64,000 nt of DNA, from positions 22,141 through 86,140 of the forward strand of contig JAEUPB010000004.1 in NCBI GenBank assembly GCA_016789955.1, given 5' to 3'. Each line of letters starts with the position of its first letter. Position 1 is the first letter of the stretch. Source of the stretch: Rubrivivax sp. (GTDB lineage: Bacteria > Pseudomonadota > Gammaproteobacteria > Burkholderiales > Burkholderiaceae_C). The notes under the pieces are model-generated. The model was not told the DNA's origin. It did no database searches and saw nothing but the letters and a program-made list of their open reading frames with translations. Below, piece after piece: positions 47,748 to 58,184 of this stretch. Both the position numbers and the translations under genes were made by a program.

Positions 47748-49100
47748 ATGCGCGTCATCGACCTGGCCACGTCGGCACTCGCAGCGCTGGTGGCGCTCGT
47801 CCGCCGCTTCCACGACCACGGCGTGGTGCTGGCCTACGCCGCCTTCACCGGCGCGCTGGTCGTGGGGTTCACGCTGCTGGCCGAGGCGGCCGCCCAGGCA
47901 TTCCAGTCAGGGCGCACCGCCGCCGCGTGGGCACCCTGGATCGCCCTGGCCTGGACGCCGGCGCTCACCGTGGCCCTCCTCTGGTGGACCCGGCGCCACG
48001 CGCATGGCACCCAGGGCTCGGGCATACCCCAGGTGGTGCGCGCACTCGAGGACGACGTGCCGCCCGACCGTCTCGGCGCCCTGGTCTCGCTGCGGCTCGC
48101 GCTGCACAAGGTGGTGCTGGTGTCCGGCGGCATGCTCGCGGGCCTGTCGATCGGCCGCGAGGGACCGACGGTGCAGGTGGGCGCCGGCGCGATGCTGCAC
48201 GCGCGACGGTGGCTCACGACGCGCTCGGCCATCGACGAGCATGACCTGATGGTGGCGGGCGCTGCGGCCGGCATCGCCGCGGCCTTCAACACGCCGCTGG
48301 GCGGCATCGTGTTCGCCTTCGAGCAGCTCACGCGCCGGCGCGGCGTGGCCCACAGCGCGCTGGTCGTCGCCGCCATCGTGCTGGCGGGTTTGGTGGCCGT
48401 GTCGGTGTTCGGCAACCACACGTACTTCGGGCGCCTGCGCGTCGAGACGCTGTCGTGGGCGCTGCTCGGCCCCGGGCTGCTGGTGGCCGTGTCCAGCGGG
48501 CTGGCCGGCGGGCTGTTCTCGCGGCTGCTCGTCACCTCGCTGTCGCCCGGGCCCGGCCGCCTGCACCTGTGGCGCTCCCGACATCCACTGCGCTTTGCCG
48601 CCGGCTGCGCGCTGGCAGTCGCCGTGATCGGCTTCGTCGCCGACGGCACCACCGCCGGGGCCGGCTATGCGCCGACCCGTGCGCTGCTCGACGGCCAGGA
48701 CTCGCCCGGGCCGCTGTACACCGGCCTCAAGTTCATCGCCACCTGGCTGTCCGCCTGGAGCGGCGTGCCCGCAGGCGTGTTCGCGCCGTCGCTGGCCATC
48801 GGCGCCGGCATCGGACATGACGTGGCTGCCCTCCTCGGCGCGCCTCGGGACATCGGCATCGCGCTCATCGCGCTGGGCATGGTGGGGTTCCTCGCGGCCA
48901 CCACGCAGGGGCCGATCACCGCCTTCATCATCGTCATGGAGATGGTGGCCGGCCAGTCGATGGTGCTCAGCCTGATGGCCTGCGCGCTCGTGGCCAGCGG
49001 CGTGTCGCGGGCCGTGGCACGGCCGATGTACACCGAACTGGCGGCGCAGTGCCTGCCGCCGGCGGACCCTCCCCCCGCCGAGCCGCGGTCCGCAGCTTGA
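47748..49100 (+). CDS. ClC family chloride channel/antiporter
   Basis: GSGIPQ, GREGP, GVFAP, C-terminal PMY. Confidence 0.92.
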   Translation: MRVIDLATSALAALVALVRRFHDHGVVLAYAAFTGALVVGFTLLAEAAAQAFQSGRTAAAWAPWIALAWTPALTVALLWWTRRHAHGTQGSGIPQVVRALEDDVPPDRLGALVSLRLALHKVVLVSGGMLAGLSIGREGPTVQVGAGAMLHARRWLTTRSAIDEHDLMVAGAAAGIAAAFNTPLGGIVFAFEQLTRRRGVAHSALVVAAIVLAGLVAVSVFGNHTYFGRLRVETLSWALLGPGLLVAVSSGLAGGLFSRLLVTSLSPGPGRLHLWRSRHPLRFAAGCALAVAVIGFVADGTTAGAGYAPTRALLDGQDSPGPLYTGLKFIATWLSAWSGVPAGVFAPSLAIGAGIGHDVAALLGAPRDIGIALIALGMVGFLAATTQGPITAFIIVMEMVAGQSMVLSLMACALVASGVSRAVARPMYTELAAQCLPPADPPPAEPRSAA

Positions 49101-49103
49101 GCC

Positions 49104-50357
49104 TCAGGCTGCCGGCCGGACAGCCCGATCTCCACGGGCGCGGCACGCCGCGGCCGCTCGGCGCAGCCAGTCGGGCACGTCGTCGCGGTGGTAGGGATGC
49201 TCATCGGGCTCGATGCCGTCGAGGAAGCGGCGGTAGACGCAGGCCTTGACGAGCGCGACGATGGGCGCCAGCAGCGCCGCCGCACGTTCGGGGTCGCAGC
49301 CGGGGCAGGCGCGCTGCCAGGCGGCTGACCAGTGCGCCCGCACCGCCGGCACGTCGGCGGGCGCGATGCGGTCGAGGAACGCCGCCTGGTCCAGCAGCGG
49401 GTGGCCGATGCCGCTGTCGCCCCAGTCCAGCAGCACCGGCGGCGCAGCCGGGTCGTCGGTGCGTCGGCGGAAGTTGCCCGGGAAGGCGTCGCCGTGCACC
49501 AGCGTGTCGGGCAGGCCGCAGGCCTGCACCTCGGCCCACAGCGCGGGCCACTGCGCCCGCAGCCGGCGCAGTGCATCCACGTCGGCCGGATCGAGGTCGG
49601 CCCCGTGCCGCTGGAGCGCGTCGTCGAACCGCCCCGCCAGCGCATCGGCGCGCCAGTCGGTCATGCCGGCCGCTTCCAGCGCATCGATCCGCGAGATCCA
49701 GCGCGCCTGCAGCGCCACCAGCGCATCGACCATCGCCGGCAGCTCGACGCCGCCGGCGTCGTAGCGATCCTCACCGGGCACCTCGGCCAGCAGCACACGA
49801 TGGCCATCGTGGGCCAGCAGTCGCGGCACGCCCTGCCCCTGCAGCAGCCGCAGCACCGCGCCTTCGTGCGCGAGGAACGGCGGCACGGCCTTGAGCCACG
49901 CGTGGCCGTGCGAGGTCGGCAGGCGCCACAGGCTCGACAGGTTCCAGCTGCGCACCTGCTCCGGCAGCCCTTCGATGGCGATGCCCTGGGCGGCCAGCTC
50001 GGCCCGCGCCCAGTCGAGGTCGGCCCGCGGGCCGCCGGGGCGGGCCCAGGGGAGGCGCAGCGGGTGATCGCGCAGCCGGCCCGACCATGCCCGCAACGGC
50101 ACGGCGGCGACGTCGACGCGATCGACTTCCCCGAGGTACGTCACCGCACCTCCGGGCGCGCACGGCCGCTCGGCCTCGAGGAAGCGCAGCAGCGTCACCG
50201 CGAGACCATGTCGATCGCGCACCGCGTGCACAACCGGGCCGAAGTCCTGCCACCAAGGGGTCTCGGCCTGAAACGGGGGCAAGGCCCCGAGCAGCGTGCC
50301 GGCGCGATCGACCAGCACGAGCGTGACGATGCGGGGCGGTGGCGCGGCGGCCGGCAT
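49104..50357 (-). CDS. Aminoglycoside phosphotransferase/kinase family protein
   Basis: WLKAVP, LVHGDAFPGN, LDWGD. Confidence 0.82.
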   Translation of the reverse strand: MPAAAPPPRIVTLVLVDRAGTLLGALPPFQAETPWWQDFGPVVHAVRDRHGLAVTLLRFLEAERPCAPGGAVTYLGEVDRVDVAAVPLRAWSGRLRDHPLRLPWARPGGPRADLDWARAELAAQGIAIEGLPEQVRSWNLSSLWRLPTSHGHAWLKAVPPFLAHEGAVLRLLQGQGVPRLLAHDGHRVLLAEVPGEDRYDAGGVELPAMVDALVALQARWISRIDALEAAGMTDWRADALAGRFDDALQRHGADLDPADVDALRRLRAQWPALWAEVQACGLPDTLVHGDAFPGNFRRRTDDPAAPPVLLDWGDSGIGHPLLDQAAFLDRIAPADVPAVRAHWSAAWQRACPGCDPERAAALLAPIVALVKACVYRRFLDGIEPDEHPYHRDDVPDWLRRAAAACRARGDRAVRPAA

Positions 50358-50485
50358 GCGCGGGATGCTACGGGCAGGGGCCGGTCACCGGCCAGCCGGT
50401 AGACTGGCCCGACCCACCGTCGGGTGCAGGCGCAAGCGACACGAGGTCGCCCGAGCTGCCGCAGACCGATGAAAGGACTCGCGCG

Positions 50486-52408
50486 ATGCCCTTCCGCTTC
50501 CTGTTGCCGCTGGTCTTCAGCGTGCTCACCCACACCGCCTTCGCGCAGGTCGTCAGCACCACGCTGCAGAGCCTGCCTGCCACGCGGCTGGCGAGCCCGT
50601 CGACGAGCACGGCCACGTTCGCCGCGGGCATGAGCAAGGACGGCAACAGGACCTACGTCACCACCGCGGCCACGATCGACACCCTCGGAATCACGGCGCA
50701 GATCCGCCCCGAGGCGGGCCACGTCGGCCGCCCGGGCAAGCTGTACCTCGTGGTGATGACCGGCCCCGGCCAGTTCATCATGCGCAACCAGGCGGGCGCC
50801 TTCTTGCCGTGGAACGGTGACGTGGCCACCCTCACACCCACCAGCACCGTCGCCTCGCTCGCCAGCCTGCAGACGCTCGACGTGTTCTCCGGCGTGCTGG
50901 GCATCCCCGGCGAGTTCAGCATCTTCCTCGGCTATGAGGGCGCCGACGGGGTGCTGCACTACACGCCCGCGCCGCTGACCATCGCGCTCATCGTCGACAG
51001 CGACCGCGACGGCGTCGCCGATGCTGCCGACCTGTACCCGCTCGACCCGGCGCGCACGATGGCCATCGCGCCGGCTTTCCCGAAAGTGGGCGGCGTGTTC
51101 CAGTTCCCCGACTACCCGTCCACGCGGCAGCTGAAGTGGATCCTGGAGCAACTGGCGCTGGGCGCCACGACCCCCACGGCCGACGCGATAACGTCGCGCT
51201 TCACCGCAAACGCCCTGGCCACGACCTCGGTGAGCCAGGTGCAGAACCTGCTGCAGACCGCGCGCACCTCGCACCCGAACTCGATCGTGGTGGAGCCCAT
51301 CAGCGTCTCGCCGACGCTGTTCCGCGGCCTCATCGGCATCGCCGGCAACCCCGGCAGCGGGCGCTACCTGAGTTTCAACGTGAAGTACGCCAGCGGGCTG
51401 ATCGACAGCTTCTCGCTGACGAACTACCCGCTGAACGCGTTCCTGACGACCGTCGAGAACCAGACGCTGACGATGACGCAGGCTTTCGACAAGCTGGCGG
51501 GCCTCGCTTCGGGCACGTCGCTGCTCGTGGCGCGCATCCAGGACAACCGCTGCGTGCCGATCAAGGAGCTCAACGCCACCACGCTGCGATCCACCGGCTC
51601 GATCTTCAAGATCTGGGTGCTGGGGGCGCTCGGGCAGGCCGTCAACGACGGCGTGATCTCGCCCACGGCACGAATCCCGCTGGTGGCCTCGGAAGTGGTG
51701 CGCAGCTCCAGGCTGGGCACCGAGCCGCTGGGCACGGTGTTCCCGCTGGCCGACATGGCGGCGGCGATGATGGGCATCAGCGACAACACCGCCACCGACC
51801 ACGTGCACGAACTGGTGGGGCGCGCGCGCGTGGAAGCGATCGTGCGCCAGTTCAACCACTCCGCGCCCGAGCGGCTGACGCCGCTCCTGTCGATCAACGA
51901 GATGTTCAACCTGTTCTCCGCCGTCACGCCGGCGCAGGCGATTGCGTACCGCGACGGCACCGAGGACTTCCAGCGCAACTTCCTCAACACGGTGCTGGTG
52001 CCGCTGGGCCCGGTGTCCGCGTTCGGCGACAACTACCAGAGCACCTTCTTCAGCGCCGCCTGGATGGCCTCGCCGATGGACATCTGCGCCGCGATGGCGA
52101 GCATGCGGCAGTTCAACGATCGCAGCCCGGGCTTCCAGATCATCGACCAGGCGTTCAGCGCCGAGGCGGTGCTGCCCTTCGTGCGCAACCGCTGGGATCG
52201 CCTCTGGTTCAAGGGCGGCAGCCTGTCCAACAGCACGGGCGACAAGGTGCTGACCTACGCGTGGATGCTCGAGTCCGACGCCCGCGGCGCCTACGTCGCG
52301 GTGTCGATGCACAACGACTTGGGGTTCACGCAGGACCTGAGCAGGCTGGGCATCGACTGGACGATGGCGCGCATCCTGCAGCTGATCGGCGACGGCACGT
52401 TCAACTGA
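50486..52408 (+). CDS. Secreted multidomain serine hydrolase (class A beta-lactamase/PBP-like C-terminus)
   Basis: Signal peptide; SIFK, SDN, KGGS motifs; DSDRDGVADAAD Ca-binding-like linker. Confidence 0.8.
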   Translation: MPFRFLLPLVFSVLTHTAFAQVVSTTLQSLPATRLASPSTSTATFAAGMSKDGNRTYVTTAATIDTLGITAQIRPEAGHVGRPGKLYLVVMTGPGQFIMRNQAGAFLPWNGDVATLTPTSTVASLASLQTLDVFSGVLGIPGEFSIFLGYEGADGVLHYTPAPLTIALIVDSDRDGVADAADLYPLDPARTMAIAPAFPKVGGVFQFPDYPSTRQLKWILEQLALGATTPTADAITSRFTANALATTSVSQVQNLLQTARTSHPNSIVVEPISVSPTLFRGLIGIAGNPGSGRYLSFNVKYASGLIDSFSLTNYPLNAFLTTVENQTLTMTQAFDKLAGLASGTSLLVARIQDNRCVPIKELNATTLRSTGSIFKIWVLGALGQAVNDGVISPTARIPLVASEVVRSSRLGTEPLGTVFPLADMAAAMMGISDNTATDHVHELVGRARVEAIVRQFNHSAPERLTPLLSINEMFNLFSAVTPAQAIAYRDGTEDFQRNFLNTVLVPLGPVSAFGDNYQSTFFSAAWMASPMDICAAMASMRQFNDRSPGFQIIDQAFSAEAVLPFVRNRWDRLWFKGGSLSNSTGDKVLTYAWMLESDARGAYVAVSMHNDLGFTQDLSRLGIDWTMARILQLIGDGTFN

Positions 52409-52559
52409 GAGTGTGAGAGGCCGCGCGCCCGCGGACGGGCGCCTGACGTTCGATCCGACGCGAATCCGACGCAGCGGCGACGACGCGCGCTGCGGTGGCG
52501 GGAAGACTGCGAACCCTGTTCCTGCCCTTCGCCGTCCACCGTTCCACCGGATGTTGCCG

Positions 52560-53324
52560 ATGACTGCCGACACCAGGCGCGCGACGCGCCCGCTCCCGCC
52601 ACCGATCCGCCGCGCCGCTGCGTCGCTCGCCACCCCCTTGTGCGCAGCCTTGGCGGCCGCAGGGCTCGCGGGGCCTTCCACGCCGGCCCGCGCCGCGGAG
52701 ATCTACGCCGAGCACTGGGACGGTGGCGCGTCGACGGCCGGCTGGTTGGCCAACACCGGGCAAGGCGCGCTGGTGCCGAACGCGGTCGTCGGCCAGCCGC
52801 CGGGCTCGATCGCGAGCGTCTTCGTGGCTCCTGACGAATCGTCGGAGAAAGTCATCGGCGCCGTCTCCGCCGCGCTACCCCTGCGCGGCAACTTCCACGG
52901 CCAGCCCTGGCAGGTGTCGTTCGACGCGCTGCGGGAACAGGGCACGGCCACCGAGTTCTCGCTGCGCTACCGCGTCTACGACACCCCGGGCGCCTGGCGG
53001 TTGCCGCTGGCCCTGCCCGAGCTGGGGCAATGGACCCACTACGCGGTGGTGTTCGACCCGGAGTGGACCGACGAGGAGGCGCAGGCCGCCGGCTGGATCG
53101 CCGAGCCCTACGTGTGGGACTGGGGCACCTCGATGGGCTACGTCACCGCCACCGAGCTGCGCGTGGCACTGGCGGACGACGTCACCACGGCGCTGGTGTA
53201 CTTCGACAACTTCGTGCAGCAGCACGCCGGCACGGTGCCGACGCCGGCCAGCGCGTTGCTGGTGCTGCTGGGGCTCTCCGGGCTGGGCCTGCGGCGGGCC
53301 TCGCGGCGCGGCCTCGCGGGCTGA
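52560..53324 (+). CDS. PEP-CTERM-like exported protein
   Basis: Signal peptide ending ARA; C-terminal VPTPASALLVLLGLSGLGLRRASRR (VPxP + TM + Arg cluster). Start uncertain (52551 or 52560). Confidence 0.7.
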   Translation: MTADTRRATRPLPPPIRRAAASLATPLCAALAAAGLAGPSTPARAAEIYAEHWDGGASTAGWLANTGQGALVPNAVVGQPPGSIASVFVAPDESSEKVIGAVSAALPLRGNFHGQPWQVSFDALREQGTATEFSLRYRVYDTPGAWRLPLALPELGQWTHYAVVFDPEWTDEEAQAAGWIAEPYVWDWGTSMGYVTATELRVALADDVTTALVYFDNFVQQHAGTVPTPASALLVLLGLSGLGLRRASRRGLAG

Positions 53325-53354
53325 CGTTGCGACGAAACAGGACGGTCGGCGCGA

Positions 53355-53891
53355 TCACCGTCGCAGATCGGCGTCCGCTTCGCGGGAGGCCGCCGCGGGC
53401 GTCGCCGTCAGCTCCCGCACCGTCAGCCACAAGCGCAGGTCGAACTCGAGCTGGTGGTAGTCGGGCTCCATGTGCAGGCACAGCGCGTAGAACGCGCGGT
53501 CGTGCTCGCGCTCCTTCAGATGCGCGAGTTCGTGCACGACGATCATGCGCAGGAAGTCGGCCGGCGCGTCCTTGAACAGCGACGCGATGCGGATCTCGCG
53601 CTTGGCTTTCAGCTGCGTGCCCTGCACGCGTGAGACCCGCGTGTGCGTGCCCAGCACGTTCGTCAGCAGGTTCAGCTTCGGGTCGTACGTCACCTTCGCC
53701 AGCGGCGGCGCGCTCTTCACGTGGCGCGCCTTCAGCTCGGTCACGTACTCGAAGAGGGCGCGCTCGGTGCGCACGTCGTGGGTGTCAGGGTGGCGCCGCG
53801 CCACCGCCTCGGCCAGCGTGCCCGCCTCGATCATCGAGGCGACCTGCGCCAGCAGCTCGGGCGCGTAGCCCTGCAGGTACTTCAGCGTCAC
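53355..53891 (-). CDS. ygjP: YgjP-like (M48-type HExxH) metal-dependent hydrolase
   Basis: LKYLQGY, RVQGTQLKAKREIRIA, VHELAHLKE. Confidence 0.85.
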   Translation of the reverse strand: MTLKYLQGYAPELLAQVASMIEAGTLAEAVARRHPDTHDVRTERALFEYVTELKARHVKSAPPLAKVTYDPKLNLLTNVLGTHTRVSRVQGTQLKAKREIRIASLFKDAPADFLRMIVVHELAHLKEREHDRAFYALCLHMEPDYHQLEFDLRLWLTVRELTATPAAASREADADLRR

Positions 53892-54505
53892 GCCGGGGGC
53901 GCGCCGCGGCGCCAGGCCAGCAGCAGGTTGTTGGCCGGCATCGCCACGCGCTCGTGCAGCACCAGCCCCGCCTGCGCGGCCTCGCGAGCCACGTCGGCCA
54001 GGCGGCGCAGGCCCCACGCGGGGTTGCGGCGGCGCAGATCGGCGTCGAACGCCGTGTTGCCGGGCGCGGTGGGCACGTCGTCTTCGAGGTACGGCCCGTA
54101 GGTGACGAGCAACCCCTGCGGGGACAGGTGGCGCGCCGCGCCCTGCATCAGGGCCGCGCAGCAGGGCCACGGCGCGATGTGGATCATGTTGGCGCAGTAG
54201 ACCGCGTCCACCGCGGCCGGCACGCCGGGCCACTGCGGCTGCAGCACGTCCAGCTGAAGCGGCGGCGCCACGCGTTCCAGCTCGGCTCGCCAGGCGGCGA
54301 TCGATGGCAGCGACGCGGCGTCGGGGTCGCTCGGCAACCAGCGCCAGCCGGGCAGACCGGCGCTGCAGTGCGCGGCATGCTGGCCGGTGCCGCTGGCGAT
54401 CTCGAGCAGCACGCCGCTCGCAGGCAGCAGCCGCTGCAGCTCGGCCAGGATCGGCGCGGCGTTGCGCTCGGCGGCGGGGCTGTGGAGGCGGTGGTCTGCG
54501 GGCAT
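53888..54505 (-). CDS. DUF938 family SAM-dependent methyltransferase
   Basis: SPAAERN, LEIASGTGQH, NMIHI, YGPY, MPANN. Confidence 0.88.
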   Translation of the reverse strand: MPADHRLHSPAAERNAAPILAELQRLLPASGVLLEIASGTGQHAAHCSAGLPGWRWLPSDPDAASLPSIAAWRAELERVAPPLQLDVLQPQWPGVPAAVDAVYCANMIHIAPWPCCAALMQGAARHLSPQGLLVTYGPYLEDDVPTAPGNTAFDADLRRRNPAWGLRRLADVAREAAQAGLVLHERVAMPANNLLLAWRRGAPPA

Positions 54506-54796
54506 GAGGGCCTGCGGGTTCTGCGTGGATGCGATGGGCAGTGTAGTGAGCGACGACCGATGCGCGCGATGTGCAGCCTGCGACCCTCGGGGTCCTTTGC
54601 GGAGGAGACGGATCGACACGGAGCCCACCGGCGCGGGTGCGGCCACGGCGTCATCTCGCCGCCGCCCCGCCGCCCAGCCGGTCAGCCGCTCCCGCGCAGG
54701 CCCGGAGACGACGCGGCCGATCCGGCGGTGGTTGCCCGAATGTCATCGTTCCGCAGGGCGCACATGATCGAAGGCCCGAACCGACGGAGCCCGCCC

Positions 54797-56593
54797 ATGG
54801 ACGACCTCGAAGCCCGCTTGCGCGAGGCCCTTGCCCAGGTCGCGCGCGGCCGGCTGTCGCGGCGCGCCTTCGTGCAGGCGTGCAGCCGCCTGGGCCTGTC
54901 GGCACCGCTGGCCGCATCGATGCTCGGCACGGCCGGCGCGCAGACGGGCCGCAGCGGCGGCGCGCCATTCGCCTACCGCCCCACGCGCCGGGGCGGTGGC
55001 GGCGTGCTGCGCATCCTGTCGTGGCAGGCGCCGACGCTGCTGAACCAGCACTTCTCCTCCGGTGCCAAGGACGTGCTCGCAGCACGCCTGTTCTACGAGC
55101 CGCTGGCCGCCTACGACATCGACGGCTCGCTGCACCCGGTGCTGATCGCCGAGGTGCCGACCCTCGACAACGGCGGCGTCGCGCGCGACGGCCTGTGGGT
55201 CACCTGCCGGCTCAAGCGCGGGGTCAGCTGGCACGACGGCGAACCGTTCACCGCCGACGACGTGGTGTTCACCTGCGAGTTCCTCGCCCACGCCGAGGCG
55301 GCCGCCTTCACCTCGGGCAGCGTCCAGGGCGTCAAGGCGCGCAAGCTGGACGCGCACACGGTGCGCTTCGACTTCGCGACGCCGCGGCCCGCCTGGGCCG
55401 ACCTGTTCGTGCTGCAGGTGCTGCCGAAGAAGCACTTCGCCGCCTACACCGGCAGCCGCTCGCGCGAGGCGCCCGGCAACCTTCGGCCGGTCGGCACCGG
55501 GCCCTACCGCCTAGTCGAATTCCGCCCCGGCGACCTCGTGCGCGGTGAGGCCAACCCGGCTTACCACATGCCGAACCGGCCGCATTTCGACGCCGTCGAG
55601 ATCAAGGGCGGTGGCGACAGCCTCTCCGCGGCCCGCTCGGTGCTGCAGACCGGCGACTACGACGTCGCGTGGATGATCGCCGCCGAGGACGACCTGCTGC
55701 GCCGGCTCGAGAGCGGCGGCCGCGGCCGCCTCGAGTACGCGCCCGGCGGCGACACCGAGTACATCATGCTGAACCACGCCGACCCGTGGAGCGAGGTCGA
55801 CGGCGAACGCTCCAGCCCGCGCAGCCGCCACCCGTTCCTGCTCGATCCGGCCGTGCGGCAGGCACTGGCCCACGTGATCGATCGCGACTCGATCCAGCGC
55901 TACGTGATGGGCCGCAGCGCGGTGCCGACGCCGAACTTCCTGAACAACCCGGCGCCGTTCAACTCGGTCCGCCGCGGCCTGCCGTTCGACCCGGCACGCG
56001 CCGCCGCGCTGCTCGAGGCCGCCGGCTGGACGCGCGGCCGTGACGGCGTGCGCGCCAAGGGGGCACAGCGCCTGAAGATGGTCTTCCACACCAGCACCAG
56101 CTCGCCGCGCCAGAAGGTGCAGGCGATCGTCAAGTCGGCCGCGCAGACCGCCGGCATCGAGATGGAACTCAAGGCCACGTCGCCCGCGGTGTACTTCTCG
56201 GGCGACCACGGCAACCCCGACACCAGCGGGCGCTTCGTCGCCGACCTGCAGATGCACACCGTCACGCGCGGCGGCACCGATCCCGGGCGGTTCCTGGAGC
56301 TGTTCTGCTCGTGGCAGGTGGCCTCGCGCGCCAACAAGTGGCTGCTGCGGAACATCACGCGCTGGCGCAGCGACGAGTACGACCGCGCGTACCGGGCCGC
56401 CGAGTCGGAGCTCGATCCGGTGCGGCGGGCGGCGATGCTGATCCGCCTCAACGACACGATCTGCGACGACCTCGCCATCCATCCGCTGTTCGTGCGGCAC
56501 AAGCTCGCGGCGCTGCGCCACGACATCCAGGCGCCGATCAGCGGCTGGGGGGCCGAGACGGGCCGCATCCACGACTGGTATCGCGCGGGCTGA
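54797..56593 (+). CDS. Peptide/nickel ABC substrate-binding protein (family 5), Tat signal
   Basis: SRRAF, WHDGEPFTADDVVFT, PVGTGPY; no cognate permeases nearby. Confidence 0.88.
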   Translation: MDDLEARLREALAQVARGRLSRRAFVQACSRLGLSAPLAASMLGTAGAQTGRSGGAPFAYRPTRRGGGGVLRILSWQAPTLLNQHFSSGAKDVLAARLFYEPLAAYDIDGSLHPVLIAEVPTLDNGGVARDGLWVTCRLKRGVSWHDGEPFTADDVVFTCEFLAHAEAAAFTSGSVQGVKARKLDAHTVRFDFATPRPAWADLFVLQVLPKKHFAAYTGSRSREAPGNLRPVGTGPYRLVEFRPGDLVRGEANPAYHMPNRPHFDAVEIKGGGDSLSAARSVLQTGDYDVAWMIAAEDDLLRRLESGGRGRLEYAPGGDTEYIMLNHADPWSEVDGERSSPRSRHPFLLDPAVRQALAHVIDRDSIQRYVMGRSAVPTPNFLNNPAPFNSVRRGLPFDPARAAALLEAAGWTRGRDGVRAKGAQRLKMVFHTSTSSPRQKVQAIVKSAAQTAGIEMELKATSPAVYFSGDHGNPDTSGRFVADLQMHTVTRGGTDPGRFLELFCSWQVASRANKWLLRNITRWRSDEYDRAYRAAESELDPVRRAAMLIRLNDTICDDLAIHPLFVRHKLAALRHDIQAPISGWGAETGRIHDWYRAG

Positions 56594-56638
56594 GCCACCG
56601 CCATCGCTCGCCGGCCCGCCGTAACGGACAATACCGTC

Positions 56639-56965
56639 GTGGACCTGAAACTACCCATCACCATCGTCGACGAGCTGACCGACGGCGAAGTGCGCAGCAG
56701 CGGCGAGCTCAACCTCGCCAGCGGCGAGATCGGCAACGTCGCCTACGAGGACTACGACGTCAACGTCGAAGGCCTGCCCGCGCAGCGGAAGGACTACGAG
56801 TTCACCGTCGGCATCCTGCGCAACGGCAACCGCGAAGTCGAGTTCCGCGTCGATGTTGACGTGATGAGCGGCCGCTACTCGGCGACGGCGAGCGAGCTGC
56901 TCGAGCTGAAGGGCCGCGCGGCGAAGCTGTTCGCGCGGCCGCCGGATTCGTCGCGCCTGCACTGA
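56639..56965 (+). CDS. Hypothetical acidic protein
   Basis: Good codon bias, fills the gap between genes; no motif recognised. Confidence 0.65.
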   Translation: MDLKLPITIVDELTDGEVRSSGELNLASGEIGNVAYEDYDVNVEGLPAQRKDYEFTVGILRNGNREVEFRVDVDVMSGRYSATASELLELKGRAAKLFARPPDSSRLH

Positions 56966-56983
56966 GCCTGCAGGCCTGACCCT

Positions 56984-58009
56984 TCACCCGCCGTGCTCGG
57001 CGCGCAGCATCTGCGCCGCGCGCACCATCGCCTGCAGCTTGCCCACCGCCACCTCGCGCGGCAGGTACTTCATGCCGCAGTCGGGCGCGAGGATCACGCG
57101 CTCCTTGTCGACGTAGGGCAACGCGCGGCGGATGCGCGCGGCCACCACCTCGGGCGTCTCCACCGTCATGTCGTTCAGGTCGATGCAGCCGACCATGATC
57201 TGCTGGTCGGGCAGCTGCGCCAGCACGGAGCAGTCGAGCTTGCTCTGCGCCGTCTCGATCGAGACCTGCCTGCAGCTGCAGCCACGCAGCTCCGGCAGGA
57301 AGCTGTAGCCGCTCGGCCGTGCGTGGATGATGGCCGCGTAGCCGAAGCAGATGTGCACGGCGGTGGTGCCGGTGATGCCGTCGAGCGCGGCGTTGAGCGC
57401 CTTCAGGCCGTACTGCCGCGCCTGCTCGGGCCGGGCCTGCATGTAGGGCTCGTCGATCTGCACGATGTCGGCGCCGGCGGCGAACAGGTCGCGGATCTCG
57501 GCGTTCACGGCTTCGGCGTAGTCCATCGCCGCGGCCTCGGCGCTGGGGTAGTGGTCGTTCTGGGCCTGGCAGCTCATCGTGAACGGGCCGGGCACGGTGA
57601 TCTTCGTGCGGCGGTTCGTGTGCGCCTTCAGGAAGCGCAGGTCGTCCACCTCCACCGCGTGCTTGCGGCGGATGCGGCCGACGATGCGCGGCACCGGGTT
57701 CGGGTGGCCGGAGCGGTCGAGCGCGGTGCCGGGGTTGTCGATGTCGATGCCTTCCAGCGCCGTGGCGAAGCGGTTGCTGTAGCTCTCGCGGCGGATCTCG
57801 CCGTCGGTGATGATGTCCAGCCCGGCCTCTTCCTGCGCGCGGATCGCCAGCAGCGTGGCGTCGTTCCAGGCCTGCTCCAGGTACGGTTCGGCCACGCGCC
57901 ACAGCTCGCGCGCCCGCACGCGCGGCGGGAAGCGGCCGGCGAGCTTCTCGCGGTCGATCAGCCAGTCGGGCTGCGGGAAGCTGCCGACCAGGGTGGTGGG
58001 GAAGAGCAT
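56984..58009 (-). CDS. Cobalamin-independent methionine synthase catalytic-domain-like protein
   Basis: TTLVGSFPQP, DGEIRRESY, QIDEP, HICFG, SIE, APDCG (Zn ligands). Confidence 0.85.
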   Translation of the reverse strand: MLFPTTLVGSFPQPDWLIDREKLAGRFPPRVRARELWRVAEPYLEQAWNDATLLAIRAQEEAGLDIITDGEIRRESYSNRFATALEGIDIDNPGTALDRSGHPNPVPRIVGRIRRKHAVEVDDLRFLKAHTNRRTKITVPGPFTMSCQAQNDHYPSAEAAAMDYAEAVNAEIRDLFAAGADIVQIDEPYMQARPEQARQYGLKALNAALDGITGTTAVHICFGYAAIIHARPSGYSFLPELRGCSCRQVSIETAQSKLDCSVLAQLPDQQIMVGCIDLNDMTVETPEVVAARIRRALPYVDKERVILAPDCGMKYLPREVAVGKLQAMVRAAQMLRAEHGG

Positions 58010-58184
58010 GCAGGCACCTCGGGCGCGGCGACGCGCGGATGACCGCATTGCAGCGGCGCCAGGCCGGCGCTGGCAATCGGGGCGTGCCCCGGAGGCTGCG
58101 CCGCGGCCGCGGAAAACTGTGTTGCGCCGGCCTCGTGCGGTCGCCGGGCCGGCCCCCTAGGCGAAGCGCACGCAGCCTGCTGCA

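Noticed and set aside
47666-47750. Fluoride riboswitch upstream of the ClC gene (GGAGATGGCGTTCC resembles the 5' consensus)
   Set aside because: The P1 closing CTCC, the AAYCGC element and the GCTGATGAC 3' element are absent. The ClC has Cl-type GSGIP/GREGP motifs rather than CLC-F motifs.
49104-50357. Aminoglycoside resistance gene
   Set aside because: Only the generic APH/choline-kinase fold motifs are present; no mobile context or specific similarity.
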